IMG/VR virus record: IMGVR_UViG_3300027205_000002
Location: 1 to 51,846 of that record
Origin: a virus
Lineage: Duplodnaviria > Caudoviricetes
Length of the DNA stretch: 51,846 nt
Reading direction: 5' to 3' (one strand)
The notes under the pieces are model-generated. The model saw only the letters and a program-made list of their open reading frames with translations. It searched no databases and had not been told where the DNA came from. Below are positions 8,404 to 16,718 of the stretch, one piece after another; positions within the stretch are counted from its first letter, which is position 1, and each line of letters starts with the position of its first letter. The position numbers and the translations under genes are program-made.

Positions 8404-8769
8404 TTACGGAAGTTCGTTATTCTCAGCAGTATATTCCATCACATACTTGATGTGCTTCTCTACTGCTTCTCCTGCTGCGATATAGGGCATGACATCATTT
8501 TTTGCGTCAGGGAAATCCCATATCATGACGGGGTTCTCGGTATTGTTTGAGTCGTACCAAAGCGAGACTTCCCAATGGACATCTGCGTCACCGAACTTAG
8601 ACTCAACATAATCCCAAGTCTGTACGAGAACATAAGCAAAGTAGTCAAGGTCGTAGTATGCGAGGCGCACGACTGATGCGAGAGCCCCGTTTTCCTCGTG
8701 ACTTTCTTGATCCAGCAAGTCTCTGACAAGTTCAGGAATACTGCGTAAATCTACATTGCTTGATTTCAC
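8404..8769 (-). CDS. hypothetical protein
   Basis: GTGA coupling. Confidence 0.75.
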   Translation of the reverse strand: MKSSNVDLRSIPELVRDLLDQESHEENGALASVVRLAYYDLDYFAYVLVQTWDYVESKFGDADVHWEVSLWYDSNNTENPVMIWDFPDAKNDVMPYIAAGEAVEKHIKYVMEYTAENNELP

Positions 8770-8942
8770 CTTGGTTTGTCTCCCAATCGCACTAATGGAT
8801 TATTCATTGCGTCACGAAATGCTCGCTCGTGGCTTGCGCCGTTGAGGTATCGCTCTAAAGAGTATGCCTCGCTAAACGACATACTCCAACCGTATTTGGC
8901 TTTTGTGCGAAGTGTCAGGTGCTTTATGCTTATCTCGTTCAT
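8766..8942 (-). CDS. hypothetical protein, leaderless
   Basis: TTGACA-17-TAAACT-7-ATG(8942). Confidence 0.75.
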   Translation of the reverse strand: MNEISIKHLTLRTKAKYGWSMSFSEAYSLERYLNGASHERAFRDAMNNPLVRLGDKPR

Positions 8943-8949
8943 AAGTAGT

Positions 8950-9043
8950 AGTTTAGCAATCTTGTTTCTAAATGTCAAGTCTTTTGTAAGTGAAAAATGT
9001 CACATAGAATAGGCTTGCTTTTATCTTAGAGTGTTGATAGAGT
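8950..9043. promoter_or_regulatory. Divergent promoters with central CRP-type box
   Basis: AGTGA-N6-TCACA 8989-9004, 10 bp from each -35. Confidence 0.8.
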
Positions 9044-9050
9044 AATACTT

Positions 9051-9245
9051 ATGACAAACGAAACCATCACACCCGTAGAAATCAAATGGAACACCGAACT
9101 CGTCACCCTCGTTTGGGCGTACGGCGGAGAACACACAATGAGCCCAATAGCACTACTCAACACGCTCATTGAGAACCACCAAGTCGGTAACCACGAAACC
9201 AACACCACCATCATTGAGGCAATCATCAGAGGACAGGAGAAGTAA
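9051..9245 (+). CDS. hypothetical protein, leaderless
   Basis: TTGCTT-17-TAGAGT-7-ATG. Confidence 0.8.
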   Translation: MTNETITPVEIKWNTELVTLVWAYGGEHTMSPIALLNTLIENHQVGNHETNTTIIEAIIRGQEK

Positions 9246-9246
9246 T

Positions 9247-9369
9247 ATGGAAAACGACACGGTAGCCCTATTCATAGAAGTCGCATACATTGTCGGCACA
9301 TTGTCGGCGTGGCTTGTAGTCATCTCGCCCCTGCTCATATGTTGGTTTATGGCAAGTCGTAGGAAGTAA
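9247..9369 (+). CDS. small membrane peptide
   Basis: AGGAG RBS; one TM helix, basic tail. Confidence 0.65.
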   Translation: MENDTVALFIEVAYIVGTLSAWLVVISPLLICWFMASRRK

Positions 9370-9470
9370 TGGAAGTCATTTGGACAATCACTCGCGTCGC
9401 TACCACGGCGGGACTCACGGTCGCCATAGGGACACTGTTTTATTGGGCGCTGTTCTCGTGGGATCGTTGA
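9369..9470 (+). CDS. small membrane peptide (33 aa)
   Basis: TAATG coupling; hydrophobic. Confidence 0.55.
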   Translation: MEVIWTITRVATTAGLTVAIGTLFYWALFSWDR

Positions 9471-9479
9471 TCCGATAAG

Positions 9480-9552
9480 CGTCTCAGGCAGGACTTGAAC
9501 CTACAACCTTTGGGGTAGAAACCCATTGCGCTATCCATTGCGCCACTGAGAC
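9480..9552 (-). tRNA. tRNA-Arg(UCU)
   Basis: GTCTCAG acceptor stem, D arm GCGC-AATGGATA-GCGC, anticodon loop TT-TCT-AC, T loop GGTTCAAGTCC; CCA not encoded. Confidence 0.9.
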
Positions 9553-9749
9553 AATACTTTTGATTGTATCCGGTGTGCGCCGGCGCGCTAGTCCCGGGCG
9601 ACGGGTGTTTCGGGGTTCAGTCGTTCCCTCACACAATGGCTGGCTTCGTCGTGAACAGCATAACTGTCCACTCGGCTCGCATCAAGTGTTTAGTACTCAC
9701 CTCATTTAACCAACGACTTGACAGGTCGTCAGCCCCGAGTCACACTCTC

Positions 9750-10031
9750 TTAGAGACGACCGCCGTAGTCACGCTCGTGCCAGTAGCGGGTTTCCCAGCG
9801 AGCCTGCTCGTCGGCATCTCGGATTTCTTTTTCAATCTCGTTGTAGATTTCTGCCATCGCTTCAACCACTCGTGTGCTGAGAATGTCGGCGAATGTGTCG
9901 TGTGCGATTTTGTCGCTCTTTGTTTCGTCGTACCAGTTGAATAGCGCGTGCCATTCTCCGATGTCTCTCGCATCGTATGCTTCTGCGATGATGCCTTTGA
10001 TAATTTCTGTGAAGTGTGCGGTGGTTTTCAT
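9750..10031 (-). CDS. hypothetical protein, leaderless
   Basis: TTGACA-17-TAGACT-7-ATG(10031). Confidence 0.8.
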   Translation of the reverse strand: MKTTAHFTEIIKGIIAEAYDARDIGEWHALFNWYDETKSDKIAHDTFADILSTRVVEAMAEIYNEIEKEIRDADEQARWETRYWHERDYGGRL

Positions 10032-10038
10032 AATGATT

Positions 10039-10132
10039 AGTCTAGCAAATGTTTTGGTGAATGTCAACTTTTTTGTTTGTGCTATATGTCACACACTATA
10101 GAGTTGCTATTTTATTGTTTGGCTACTATAAT
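10039..10132. promoter_or_regulatory. Divergent promoters with central CRP-type box
   Basis: TGTGC-N6-TCACA 10078-10093, 10 bp from each -35. Confidence 0.8.
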
Positions 10133-10139
10133 GATTTAT

Positions 10140-10262
10140 ATGACACACACACCAAACCCACCACAAGATAATGACGAGCCCGTCTGTTCTACCTGCGAGG
10201 TCGTAGAAACCGATTGTGATTGCTACGACGGCAAGTACGAGCGAGCATCACGGGCACTCTAG
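10140..10262 (+). CDS. 40-aa Cys-rich peptide, leaderless
   Basis: TATAAT-7-ATG; CxxC...CxC. Confidence 0.65.
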   Translation: MTHTPNPPQDNDEPVCSTCEVVETDCDCYDGKYERASRAL

Positions 10263-10285
10263 CCAAAAACTACAGAGGCGGGTAT

Positions 10286-10319
10286 TTGCCCACACCCCTG
10301 TGGATAAAGGTGTGGATAA
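10286..10319. promoter_or_regulatory. DnaA box cluster 1
   Basis: TGTGGATAA at 10299 and 10311; degenerate TTGCCCACA at 10286. Confidence 0.75.
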
Positions 10320-10367
10320 GTTCCTGCGTAGCCCCGTGCGTTTTTCCGCCGCCCTTCGAGGCCGGGG

Positions 10368-10463
10368 CTAGTCGGCTTCTGGGGTGAGCCACTCTGTCTC
10401 TATGGTGCGCGCTATTTCTTCGGCAACCATTTCCCATAGTTCTTCGTCTTGCGGTTCGTTCAT
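10368..10463 (-). CDS. 31-aa acidic peptide
   Basis: ATGA coupling to upstream gene. Confidence 0.5.
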   Translation of the reverse strand: MNEPQDEELWEMVAEEIARTIETEWLTPEAD

Positions 10464-10816
10464 TTCACCGTGATGGTGGTCTTGTAACTTGCGCTGATTT
10501 GTGTCCGTGTGTCGGAGTCTTGGGGAGTGAGCGTATCCCACTCTGCGATTTGGTTATATATCGCTGAGATGGTGTCGTCGTTCAGTCGTTCCGTGAGAAA
10601 CAAGTTCCAACCCTCGCCAGCACCGTGACAGTCAAGGACTGTGATGGCGTGGAAGTGACCGTTATAGGTGTCCATAGCGACGAACCAGCCCTCGTCGTTA
10701 CCGTCTTGATAGGCACGCTCTATGTCCTCACGGTCTAGGTCAGACATAATGTCGTCAAGCGAGTTCCACGCTGTAATCGTTCCAGCGAACGGGCGGTATG
10801 TGATGTTGATTTCCAT
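10460..10816 (-). CDS. hypothetical protein, leaderless
   Basis: TTGACA-17-TAGGAT-7-ATG. Confidence 0.85.
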   Translation of the reverse strand: MEINITYRPFAGTITAWNSLDDIMSDLDREDIERAYQDGNDEGWFVAMDTYNGHFHAITVLDCHGAGEGWNLFLTERLNDDTISAIYNQIAEWDTLTPQDSDTRTQISASYKTTITVK

Positions 10817-10872
10817 AAGAAGTATCCTACTCTAATAGTGGTGGTTTGTCAAGTGATTTGTTGGATTTCTTT

Positions 10873-11073
10873 TTATGTGTTGGCGACTGCGTTAGCAAGT
10901 GCTACGAGGTCAACGCTATTGCGCCCCATAACCAGCGTAGTTATTGTATCTCGGCGTGAGAGACACTCCTCGCACGAACAACCTTCTACGAGCGTTCCTG
11001 CGAGGAAACGAGCGATAGCGACTGCGGGCGATAGTTCTATGTTGTCCTGTACGGTGTCTGTGGTGATTTCCAT
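10873..11073 (-). CDS. hypothetical protein, leaderless
   Basis: TTGCTT-17-TAGGAT-7-ATG(11073). Confidence 0.75.
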   Translation of the reverse strand: MEITTDTVQDNIELSPAVAIARFLAGTLVEGCSCEECLSRRDTITTLVMGRNSVDLVALANAVANT

Positions 11074-11080
11074 AAAAAGT

Positions 11081-11174
11081 ATCCTATCGGCATTATTAGA
11101 ATAAAGCAACCTTTGTTCGTGTGATAAAAGTCACATAGAATATAGTTGCTATTAGCGTAGTAAGACTGTAGAAT
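11081..11174. promoter_or_regulatory. Divergent promoters with perfect CRP box
   Basis: TGTGA-TAAAAG-TCACA 11120-11135, 10 bp from each -35. Confidence 0.8.
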
Positions 11175-11180
11175 GGTGCT

Positions 11181-11298
11181 TATCAAGGTAGCCCCCATAA
11201 GACCCGACCGAGTCAGTGAGTGAGCGACATCGTCGCGCCGACCTCAATGCTGACTGAGGGACAGAGTGCTGAGAGGGTATGGCACGGCTACTTTGATA
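11181..11298 (+). ncRNA. Candidate structured small RNA (~118 nt)
   Basis: Starts at predicted +1 of TTGCTA-17-TAGAAT with no ATG; 11181-11193 pairs with 11286-11298; internal stems; downstream hairpin ~11320-11346. Confidence 0.6.
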
Positions 11299-11390
11299 CT
11301 TGTCCATCGTGGCAGGGTGGGGGGAGGGCGTAACTGCTCTCTCCCCATAATGAAAATTTTTGATCCACCATAAATATTTATAAGTGTTCT

Positions 11391-11414
11391 TCAAGGAACG
11401 ACGGTGGTGGAAAG
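11391..11414 (+). repeat. 24-bp polar motif copy 2
   Basis: TCAA-N5-GACGGTGGTGGAAAG. Confidence 0.85.
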
Positions 11415-11420
11415 GAAAAT

Positions 11421-11810
11421 TCAGAAACCGAAGAAACGGCGCAGAGTAACCTGCCAGCCCCGGGGACTATCGGGCGGAGTTGCTATTTCGTCATCAAGGG
11501 GGAACACGGAGTTGAACAACTCGGTCTCCTCTTTAGTTGGACTAGGAAGAAGCAATGAGTGTTCTACTACGAGAGAGTCTGAGTCAGTGAGTAGTTCGCC
11601 GTACATATAACGCCACACTCGTCGTCCCTTGGTGTCGTACAGTTCCATATCGTATGTCTCTACGGTGTAGTCGGCATCCACGAAGTATCCGTCGGGGCTC
11701 TCGATCCTCGGGTTCTGGAAGCACTCGGACACGGTAGTAAGTAAGTCACCCAACTCAAGGTCGGTTGGCTCTTTGTCGGTTTCAATGCCGATATGTACGG
11801 TGTACTTCAT
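11421..11810 (-). CDS. hypothetical protein
   Basis: Extended -10 TGATAACCT 7 nt before ATG. Confidence 0.75.
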   Translation of the reverse strand: MKYTVHIGIETDKEPTDLELGDLLTTVSECFQNPRIESPDGYFVDADYTVETYDMELYDTKGRRVWRYMYGELLTDSDSLVVEHSLLLPSPTKEETELFNSVFPLDDEIATPPDSPRGWQVTLRRFFGF

Positions 11811-11861
11811 GTCGCACAGGTTATCACTCTCGCTGTGCGCTAGCGGAATACCAATTCCTGT

Positions 11862-12122
11862 TTACAAACCTTCCCAATGGCTGGCTTGTCGTACGATGTC
11901 GTCCTCCCAGCAGATGGTGTGGCTGGTGGGGAGTCCTAACATTGCGCCGTAACGCAGGGCGATTTCGGTTGCTTGTGTTTTGTTGAGGCACGGCATGATT
12001 AGCGTGCCCGTGTCTGTTGAGTCGCCTGTTGGTGACTTGAAGAAGAAATGTAGTTCTGTGTCAAAGATGCGAATAGCGGTGATGTCGCCTTTGAAATATT
12101 CTTTTTCTGTTGCGGTGGTCAT
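11862..12122 (-). CDS. hypothetical protein
   Basis: TTGACA-17-TATAAT promoter plus AAAGGA RBS. Confidence 0.8.
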   Translation of the reverse strand: MTTATEKEYFKGDITAIRIFDTELHFFFKSPTGDSTDTGTLIMPCLNKTQATEIALRYGAMLGLPTSHTICWEDDIVRQASHWEGL

Positions 12123-12195
12123 GGTTTTCCTTTGTTGTTGTGGTGTTGTTTATATTATATCGGGTGATTGCCTATTTGTCAAGTCTTTTGAAAGA

Positions 12196-12492
12196 TTATT
12201 TCTGTTCAGAGTGGTTTCTGTATGTTCGTTGTCTCATGACAATGCCTTTGACTGTTTGTGCTGTCAGTCCAACTGCTTGAGCGACTTCTTCTATCGTCTT
12301 GCCATCTTTAGTCATGGCGTAGATTGTGTTATGTCGCTCGCGTCTCATGTCTCGGTGTATCCCCGTAGTCCCGAGTACGCGCCTCAGTTCGTCATCTCTC
12401 GTTCCGAGCGTTTCTATCACTTGTCCGTAGGTTGCTCCTGAGAGAACAAGTTTCTTTGCTTCTTCTATGAGTTCGGGGTTCACTCGTCCCAC
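12196..12492 (-). CDS. helix-turn-helix DNA-binding protein
   Basis: GKTIEEVAQAVGLTAQTV HTH. Confidence 0.75.
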   Translation of the reverse strand: MGRVNPELIEEAKKLVLSGATYGQVIETLGTRDDELRRVLGTTGIHRDMRRERHNTIYAMTKDGKTIEEVAQAVGLTAQTVKGIVMRQRTYRNHSEQK

Positions 12493-12905
12493 GCCCCATC
12501 GTCGGCGAGTAGTTCCGTTGCTGACGCAATAGCGTCGGTGAGAGTGTGCTGTACGCAGTCACTCCAACCTTGCTCGTCGGCATATAAGTCAAACCAAGAG
12601 TTGTTTATCCAATCCAAGAGACCGCTCTCACTCGCCTCAAAGATGTCCTTGTCGTTGTTGATGTTGTGTGCTGACCACTCATCGGACGAACGAACAACAT
12701 GATGTCCCTTACTCCAATCGCCAACTTCATAGGGGATATGGACTCGCTGTTCTCCATCGGCGTAGATATGGACTGTGCGCTCGCCATTACTGACGGTAGC
12801 AATGATGTCGTGATGGTCGGGTGAATATGTGTACCAAGCAGAGTCTTCACGCCCTTGCGAACGCTCGTCGGGTTGATGCCATGTGATGTTGATAGTGGTG
12901 GTCAT
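12480..12905 (-). CDS. hypothetical protein
   Basis: AAAGGAAAG RBS, MTTTINI start. Confidence 0.8.
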   Translation of the reverse strand: MTTTINITWHQPDERSQGREDSAWYTYSPDHHDIIATVSNGERTVHIYADGEQRVHIPYEVGDWSKGHHVVRSSDEWSAHNINNDKDIFEASESGLLDWINNSWFDLYADEQGWSDCVQHTLTDAIASATELLADDGAWDE

Positions 12906-13003
12906 CTCTTTCCTTTTCTGTTTACGATGAATAGTGGAAGGATTACTCCAGCGCAACCTAGTGCGAACACGGTGTTGCCGATGATGATTTCAATGTTGCT
13001 CAT
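12902..13003 (-). CDS. small membrane peptide (33 aa)
   Basis: Promoter 13037-13065, AAAGGA RBS, TM helix, ATGA coupling. Confidence 0.6.
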   Translation of the reverse strand: MSNIEIIIGNTVFALGCAGVILPLFIVNRKGKR

Positions 13004-13042
13004 GCGTTTTCCTTTGTGGTGGTTTTGATAGTTGTTATCCTA

Positions 13043-13285
13043 TCACTCATTTTCTAGTTTGTCAACCTTTTCTACAAGATTTTTCAAAGTTTCATAGATG
13101 GCGAGGTCTGCTTTTTCTAGTTCCCCTGTGACACGACTCCACTCCATCTCGCTGTCGTTCCAAATGGTTCGCTGTGAGTCAATGGCTATGTCGGGCTGTA
13201 CGACGAAACGCAGTTGCCCGTCCCGCATCTCCGCCATCACGGGGAAATAGAACTGTAAGCCTTCGGGGATTTCAGGTGCGTCCAT
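13043..13285 (-). CDS. hypothetical protein
   Basis: Directly follows upstream stop. Confidence 0.75.
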   Translation of the reverse strand: MDAPEIPEGLQFYFPVMAEMRDGQLRFVVQPDIAIDSQRTIWNDSEMEWSRVTGELEKADLAIYETLKNLVEKVDKLENE

Positions 13286-13287
13286 TA

Positions 13288-13500
13288 CTAGACCTCACAG
13301 TCGTGTCCGTAGTGCCACTCATTACTGTCGGTCTCATCGCTCATAAGAAACCAACGCTCGCACTCAGGGCAAACATTGAGAAGCAGATTTCCCCGTCCGT
13401 CGCACATATCGCATTGCGTTGCGTCGCCGTTTCCTGTCCATACTCCGCCGTGACCCGTACAGGCAGGGCAGATTTTTTTTGTGGTGTTGGTGTCGTTCAT
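13288..13500 (-). CDS. DnaJ-type CxxCxGxG zinc-finger protein, leaderless
   Basis: CPACTGHG, CDMCDGRG; TTGACA-17-TAAACT-6-ATG; CRP-type box 13556-13571 20 bp upstream of -35. Confidence 0.75.
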   Translation of the reverse strand: MNDTNTTKKICPACTGHGGVWTGNGDATQCDMCDGRGNLLLNVCPECERWFLMSDETDSNEWHYGHDCEV

Positions 13501-13571
13501 GTGATTAGTTTAGCGTAATGGTCTTAGGTTGTCAAGTGTTTGAGTAAGATTTATCTGTGACTGATGGCACA

Positions 13572-13748
13572 CTACTCATCATCAAATGTACATTCCATAT
13601 TACATTCGCCTCGTGCTTGGCAGTACTGATAGTCCACACACTCGGGGCTCCCCTGTCGCGCTGCGGGTCTTGGCTGGTTGCGTTCGGCTTCTTTGCGTCC
13701 GCTTCGCTTTCCAAGCCCATAAACGATTGCGCCTGTAATGAATCCCAT
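13572..13748 (-). CDS. 58-aa Cys-rich protein (not in track)
   Basis: MGFITGAIVYGLGK...CVDYQYC...CNMEC; follows upstream stop. Confidence 0.55.
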   Translation of the reverse strand: MGFITGAIVYGLGKRSGRKEAERNQPRPAARQGSPECVDYQYCQARGECNMECTFDDE

Positions 13749-13751
13749 TGC

Positions 13752-14081
13752 TTACTTCTTTCTGCGACGAGCGAATCGTGAACGAGGGTAACGAGCGATG
13801 AGTTCGCCTACCCTGTTGATTTTGACGGCATCGTCGTGGTAGTCGTAGGCACGCCACCCGTTAGCGTCCTCGTAGTGAGCGATTAGTTCCGCAACTGCTT
13901 CCAACATTTCGTTGGCGGTAACAACTTTGTCGTTGAAGGTGAAGGGATTATCCTCAGGGCGTTCTAGGAACTCGCCGATTGCGAATCCGATTGCGTCTGC
14001 TGGTGAGCAGAGAGTCAAATATCCGTCAAGGATTCCGTCTGCTAGTTCGCCAAGTCCGTAGATTTCTTTGTTTGTGTTCAT
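13752..14081 (-). CDS. hypothetical protein, paralog of 7275-7508
   Basis: TTGACA-17-TATACT-7-ATG. Confidence 0.85.
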   Translation of the reverse strand: MNTNKEIYGLGELADGILDGYLTLCSPADAIGFAIGEFLERPEDNPFTFNDKVVTANEMLEAVAELIAHYEDANGWRAYDYHDDAVKINRVGELIARYPRSRFARRRKK

Positions 14082-14224
14082 GCTGTTTAGTATATCAACA
14101 AGTCAAGCGTTTGTCAAGTCTTTTTTGTAAATATCTTGTAGGTTTTTGTAGCGTTTTTGATAGCGAGAGTGGCGCGCTGGCGCAGTCCCGGGGTTTAAGA
14201 GGAGAAAGATTTATTTATATAACG

Positions 14225-14248
14225 GCAAGGGACGACGGTGGTGGAAAG
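14225..14248 (+). repeat. 24-bp polar motif copy 3
   Basis: GCAA-N5-GACGGTGGTGGAAAG. Confidence 0.85.
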
Positions 14249-14257
14249 GAAAATTGT

Positions 14258-14470
14258 TCACCACACATCTTTAATAAAACTCCACACTTCTGTGTTGATT
14301 TCTATGCGCCCATTCTTTTTATGAACCTTGCGTCCTGTTTTATGTAGGCGTTCCACGAGTTCAGGTCGTTCTTCTGTAAGTCGTTCCAAGAAACAGTCTG
14401 CGAAGCGCACATGAGCCCCGTACAACGAGTACCTCTCGTGAACACTCACCAAGAATGGTCGGTACTCCAT
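14258..14470 (-). CDS. hypothetical protein
   Basis: Operonic with upstream ORF. Confidence 0.7.
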   Translation of the reverse strand: MEYRPFLVSVHERYSLYGAHVRFADCFLERLTEERPELVERLHKTGRKVHKKNGRIEINTEVWSFIKDVW

Positions 14471-14478
14471 GTCAGGTA

Positions 14479-14928
14479 CTACGCCTCAAGCATCTTTTCT
14501 AGTTCGGATATTTCTTCGTTGCGAGTTATTGTGTGGAATAGTGCGTTGTCAAGGACACCGATGATCTCAGGGTTGTCTGCGATGAACTCGTTCACTTCAT
14601 CTTCGGATACTTCAATGTCTTGGTATTCGCTATCTTCGTTCATAAGAAGCACCCCTCTATCAAGATAGTCGTAAAGAGTTTCTTCGCTTACGCCCAACTC
14701 ATCACAAAGACGATTTTCCAACCATGCTTTGGCTGGGATTCGCTCATCGGTGGTGAGTGTGTGAATCATGTTCTCCCAAAAGAGTTCTGTTTTATACAGT
14801 TGAAGATTGATGAGGTCGTCATCAGTTGGGTCTGACCATATGGTGTTACTAAGCATGAAGTCGCTGGGTGTTGCTTCCCCGTCAATTTGCTTCATGTTCT
14901 TTGCTGTTTGGATTGGGTCGTGGTTCAT
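14479..14928 (-). CDS. acidic hypothetical protein
   Basis: 149-aa ORF. Confidence 0.8.
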   Translation of the reverse strand: MNHDPIQTAKNMKQIDGEATPSDFMLSNTIWSDPTDDDLINLQLYKTELFWENMIHTLTTDERIPAKAWLENRLCDELGVSEETLYDYLDRGVLLMNEDSEYQDIEVSEDEVNEFIADNPEIIGVLDNALFHTITRNEEISELEKMLEA

Positions 14929-14936
14929 ATTTATAT

Positions 14937-14964
14937 AACGCTCCGTGGTGAGGAAAGTGTGCGG
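14937..14964 (-). promoter_or_regulatory. Candidate alternative-sigma promoter
   Basis: CCGCAC-N18-CGTT-N8-ATG(14928). Confidence 0.55.
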
Positions 14965-14980
14965 TTATTTGAAAAGTTTT

Positions 14981-15280
14981 TTAGAAAATTCTGATTGCTG
15001 TGTTGAGCAGAGTTTGTCGTGCTTCGTCCATGTTTTTGAGTGCCATGTGTGCGATTGCGTTCATGCCGTTTGCGATTGATACGGTAATGATTGAGCGGTT
15101 CTCGCCCGATTCGTTGCTTTCCATGTATGAGAAAGTCATGGTGTCGCTTCTAACGGAGAGCAAGAGTGATGAGAGTTCACGGAGTACGCCGTTTTGTTCG
15201 TCCATGTACATGATTGATGGGGCGTTGGCGCTGTCAAAGAGAACGCTGATGTTGTCGTTTTCTGCAAGTGTCGTGGTCAT
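14981..15280 (-). CDS. hypothetical protein, leaderless
   Basis: TTGACA-17-TATACT-7-ATG(15280). Confidence 0.8.
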   Translation of the reverse strand: MTTTLAENDNISVLFDSANAPSIMYMDEQNGVLRELSSLLLSVRSDTMTFSYMESNESGENRSIITVSIANGMNAIAHMALKNMDEARQTLLNTAIRIF

Positions 15281-15330
15281 GTTGATTAGTATAGCGGTCT
15301 CTTGAGCGTTTGTCAACCTTTTAGAAAGAT

Positions 15331-15741
15331 TTATTTGTGCGGTAGTAAGTTTTTTGCTCTAGCCGCCATAATTCTTTTTGCGGCTGTAGAGATTGTGATT
15401 CCTTGAGCATTTGCCACTGCCCGCTGTACTGGTACTCGTGCTTTATGAGCCGCAATATAGATTTCTGCGACTTCCTGTAGGTCGTCATCGGAGTGTGCTC
15501 GCCCTTGCCGTGAAGTTTTTTCACGCTTTTCTAGTATCCGTGAGAGGGCTGGCAACTTTACTGCCAGTTCATCACGCAAGATTTCTTCAAGTGAGATATC
15601 TGACAGTGCTCTTCGTGTGACGGGCGTTGAGTCAGTTGTTTCAATTTTGACGGATATGATTTCCTGTCGACCATTGATCAACTTAGTGGCGAGTGTGACA
15701 TCCCACTTTTTCCCAATTTTGTCTGTGAATGTTTTTTTCAT
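15331..15741 (-). CDS. HTH-containing putative transcription regulator
   Basis: LQEVAEIY...VQRAVANAQGITISTAAKRI. Confidence 0.7.
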   Translation of the reverse strand: MKKTFTDKIGKKWDVTLATKLINGRQEIISVKIETTDSTPVTRRALSDISLEEILRDELAVKLPALSRILEKREKTSRQGRAHSDDDLQEVAEIYIAAHKARVPVQRAVANAQGITISTAAKRIMAARAKNLLPHK

Positions 15742-15748
15742 TGGTTTC

Positions 15749-16021
15749 CTATTCCTTGTGTTTCATTCTGAGGACTTCCTCAACGATTGTGTCGTCGTAC
15801 CCAGCCGAGTAGCCCTCTTCGTATGCCATACAGATTTCGTGACCATGTTCGTCATTATCTGCTTTAGCAATGAGGTCACCGATGAGTTCGGTCATGCTTT
15901 CGCCTGCCCATTCTCCCGAGAGAGGGAAGTCGTTTTTCTCTGCGAGTGCGAGTGCGTCGTTTGCTCCTCGGATATATCCTCGTGCTTCGGCAACCTCAAC
16001 AATTTTTACGGTGTCGTCCAT
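15749..16021 (-). CDS. hypothetical protein, leaderless
   Basis: TTGACA-17-TATAAT-7-ATG(16021). Confidence 0.8.
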   Translation of the reverse strand: MDDTVKIVEVAEARGYIRGANDALALAEKNDFPLSGEWAGESMTELIGDLIAKADNDEHGHEICMAYEEGYSAGYDDTIVEEVLRMKHKE

Positions 16022-16094
16022 ATTGTCCATTATACTATCGTCATGAGTGTTTGTCAAGTGTTTGTAAAGAATTTATTTGTGATAGTTTTAGACC

Positions 16095-16403
16095 ATGGAA
16101 ATAAAGGGAACAGCCAAAAAAGGTGCGAAACCAATGGCAACATTCACGCTCTCCAACGGGGCTACCGTGGAGCACGCACCACAACACTTTGACTTCATCG
16201 TCATCTCCGCATGGGGAAACCAAGGGCGCGCATACCGCTCATACCCAACAAAAAAAGAAGCACAAGAACGCATCAAACTTGTAGAACGCCTCGTCACAGA
16301 AAACAGTGGGCAGTTCGCAAAAGATTACGGCGCATATGTCATGGAACTTCAAGGGGACTCAACATATAAATGTATTGCCAAATGGGTGCGCTCGTCCAAG
16401 TAG
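16095..16403 (+). CDS. hypothetical protein
   Basis: 102-aa ORF. Confidence 0.7.
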   Translation: MEIKGTAKKGAKPMATFTLSNGATVEHAPQHFDFIVISAWGNQGRAYRSYPTKKEAQERIKLVERLVTENSGQFAKDYGAYVMELQGDSTYKCIAKWVRSSK

Positions 16404-16442
16404 TCTCCCCACGCCGGCATAGCCCCGTGTTACTCTGCTCTT

Positions 16443-16718
16443 ATGCCAAGCATTAGCGAGATGAAAACAAAAAACACGGAAGTCGGACATCATTTCTTTG
16501 ATGACGCAACAGTGAACTTCTTTGATTCAAAAGTATCAGCAAAGACTTTCGGCGATTACTTCGTTACTTCTGAGTGCGGACCCTCGGGGCTGCGTCGCTA
16601 CACCGTGCGAGTATTTGACCCAAGTACGGGAGAAATCAAAACTCACGGGTTGTTTCAGGAGTTTGACACGCTTCGTGAAGCGCAATCAGTTGCTAAGAAA
16701 GCATCAAGAACTATCTGA
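16443..16718 (+). CDS. conserved phage hypothetical protein (HFF...FF.S...YFVTSE...RRYTVR)
   Basis: Motif; TGT-TACTCT extended -10 6 nt before ATG. Confidence 0.8.
   Translation: MPSISEMKTKNTEVGHHFFDDATVNFFDSKVSAKTFGDYFVTSECGPSGLRRYTVRVFDPSTGEIKTHGLFQEFDTLREAQSVAKKASRTI

Noticed and set aside
9480-9552. Amber suppressor reading (CTA) of the tRNA / recoded genome
   Set aside because: Stem pairing centres TCT in the 7-nt loop, and TAG ends genes normally here.
11181-11298. 5S rRNA or tRNA identity for the structured RNA
   Set aside because: Similar length only; no conserved 5S loops or cloverleaf.
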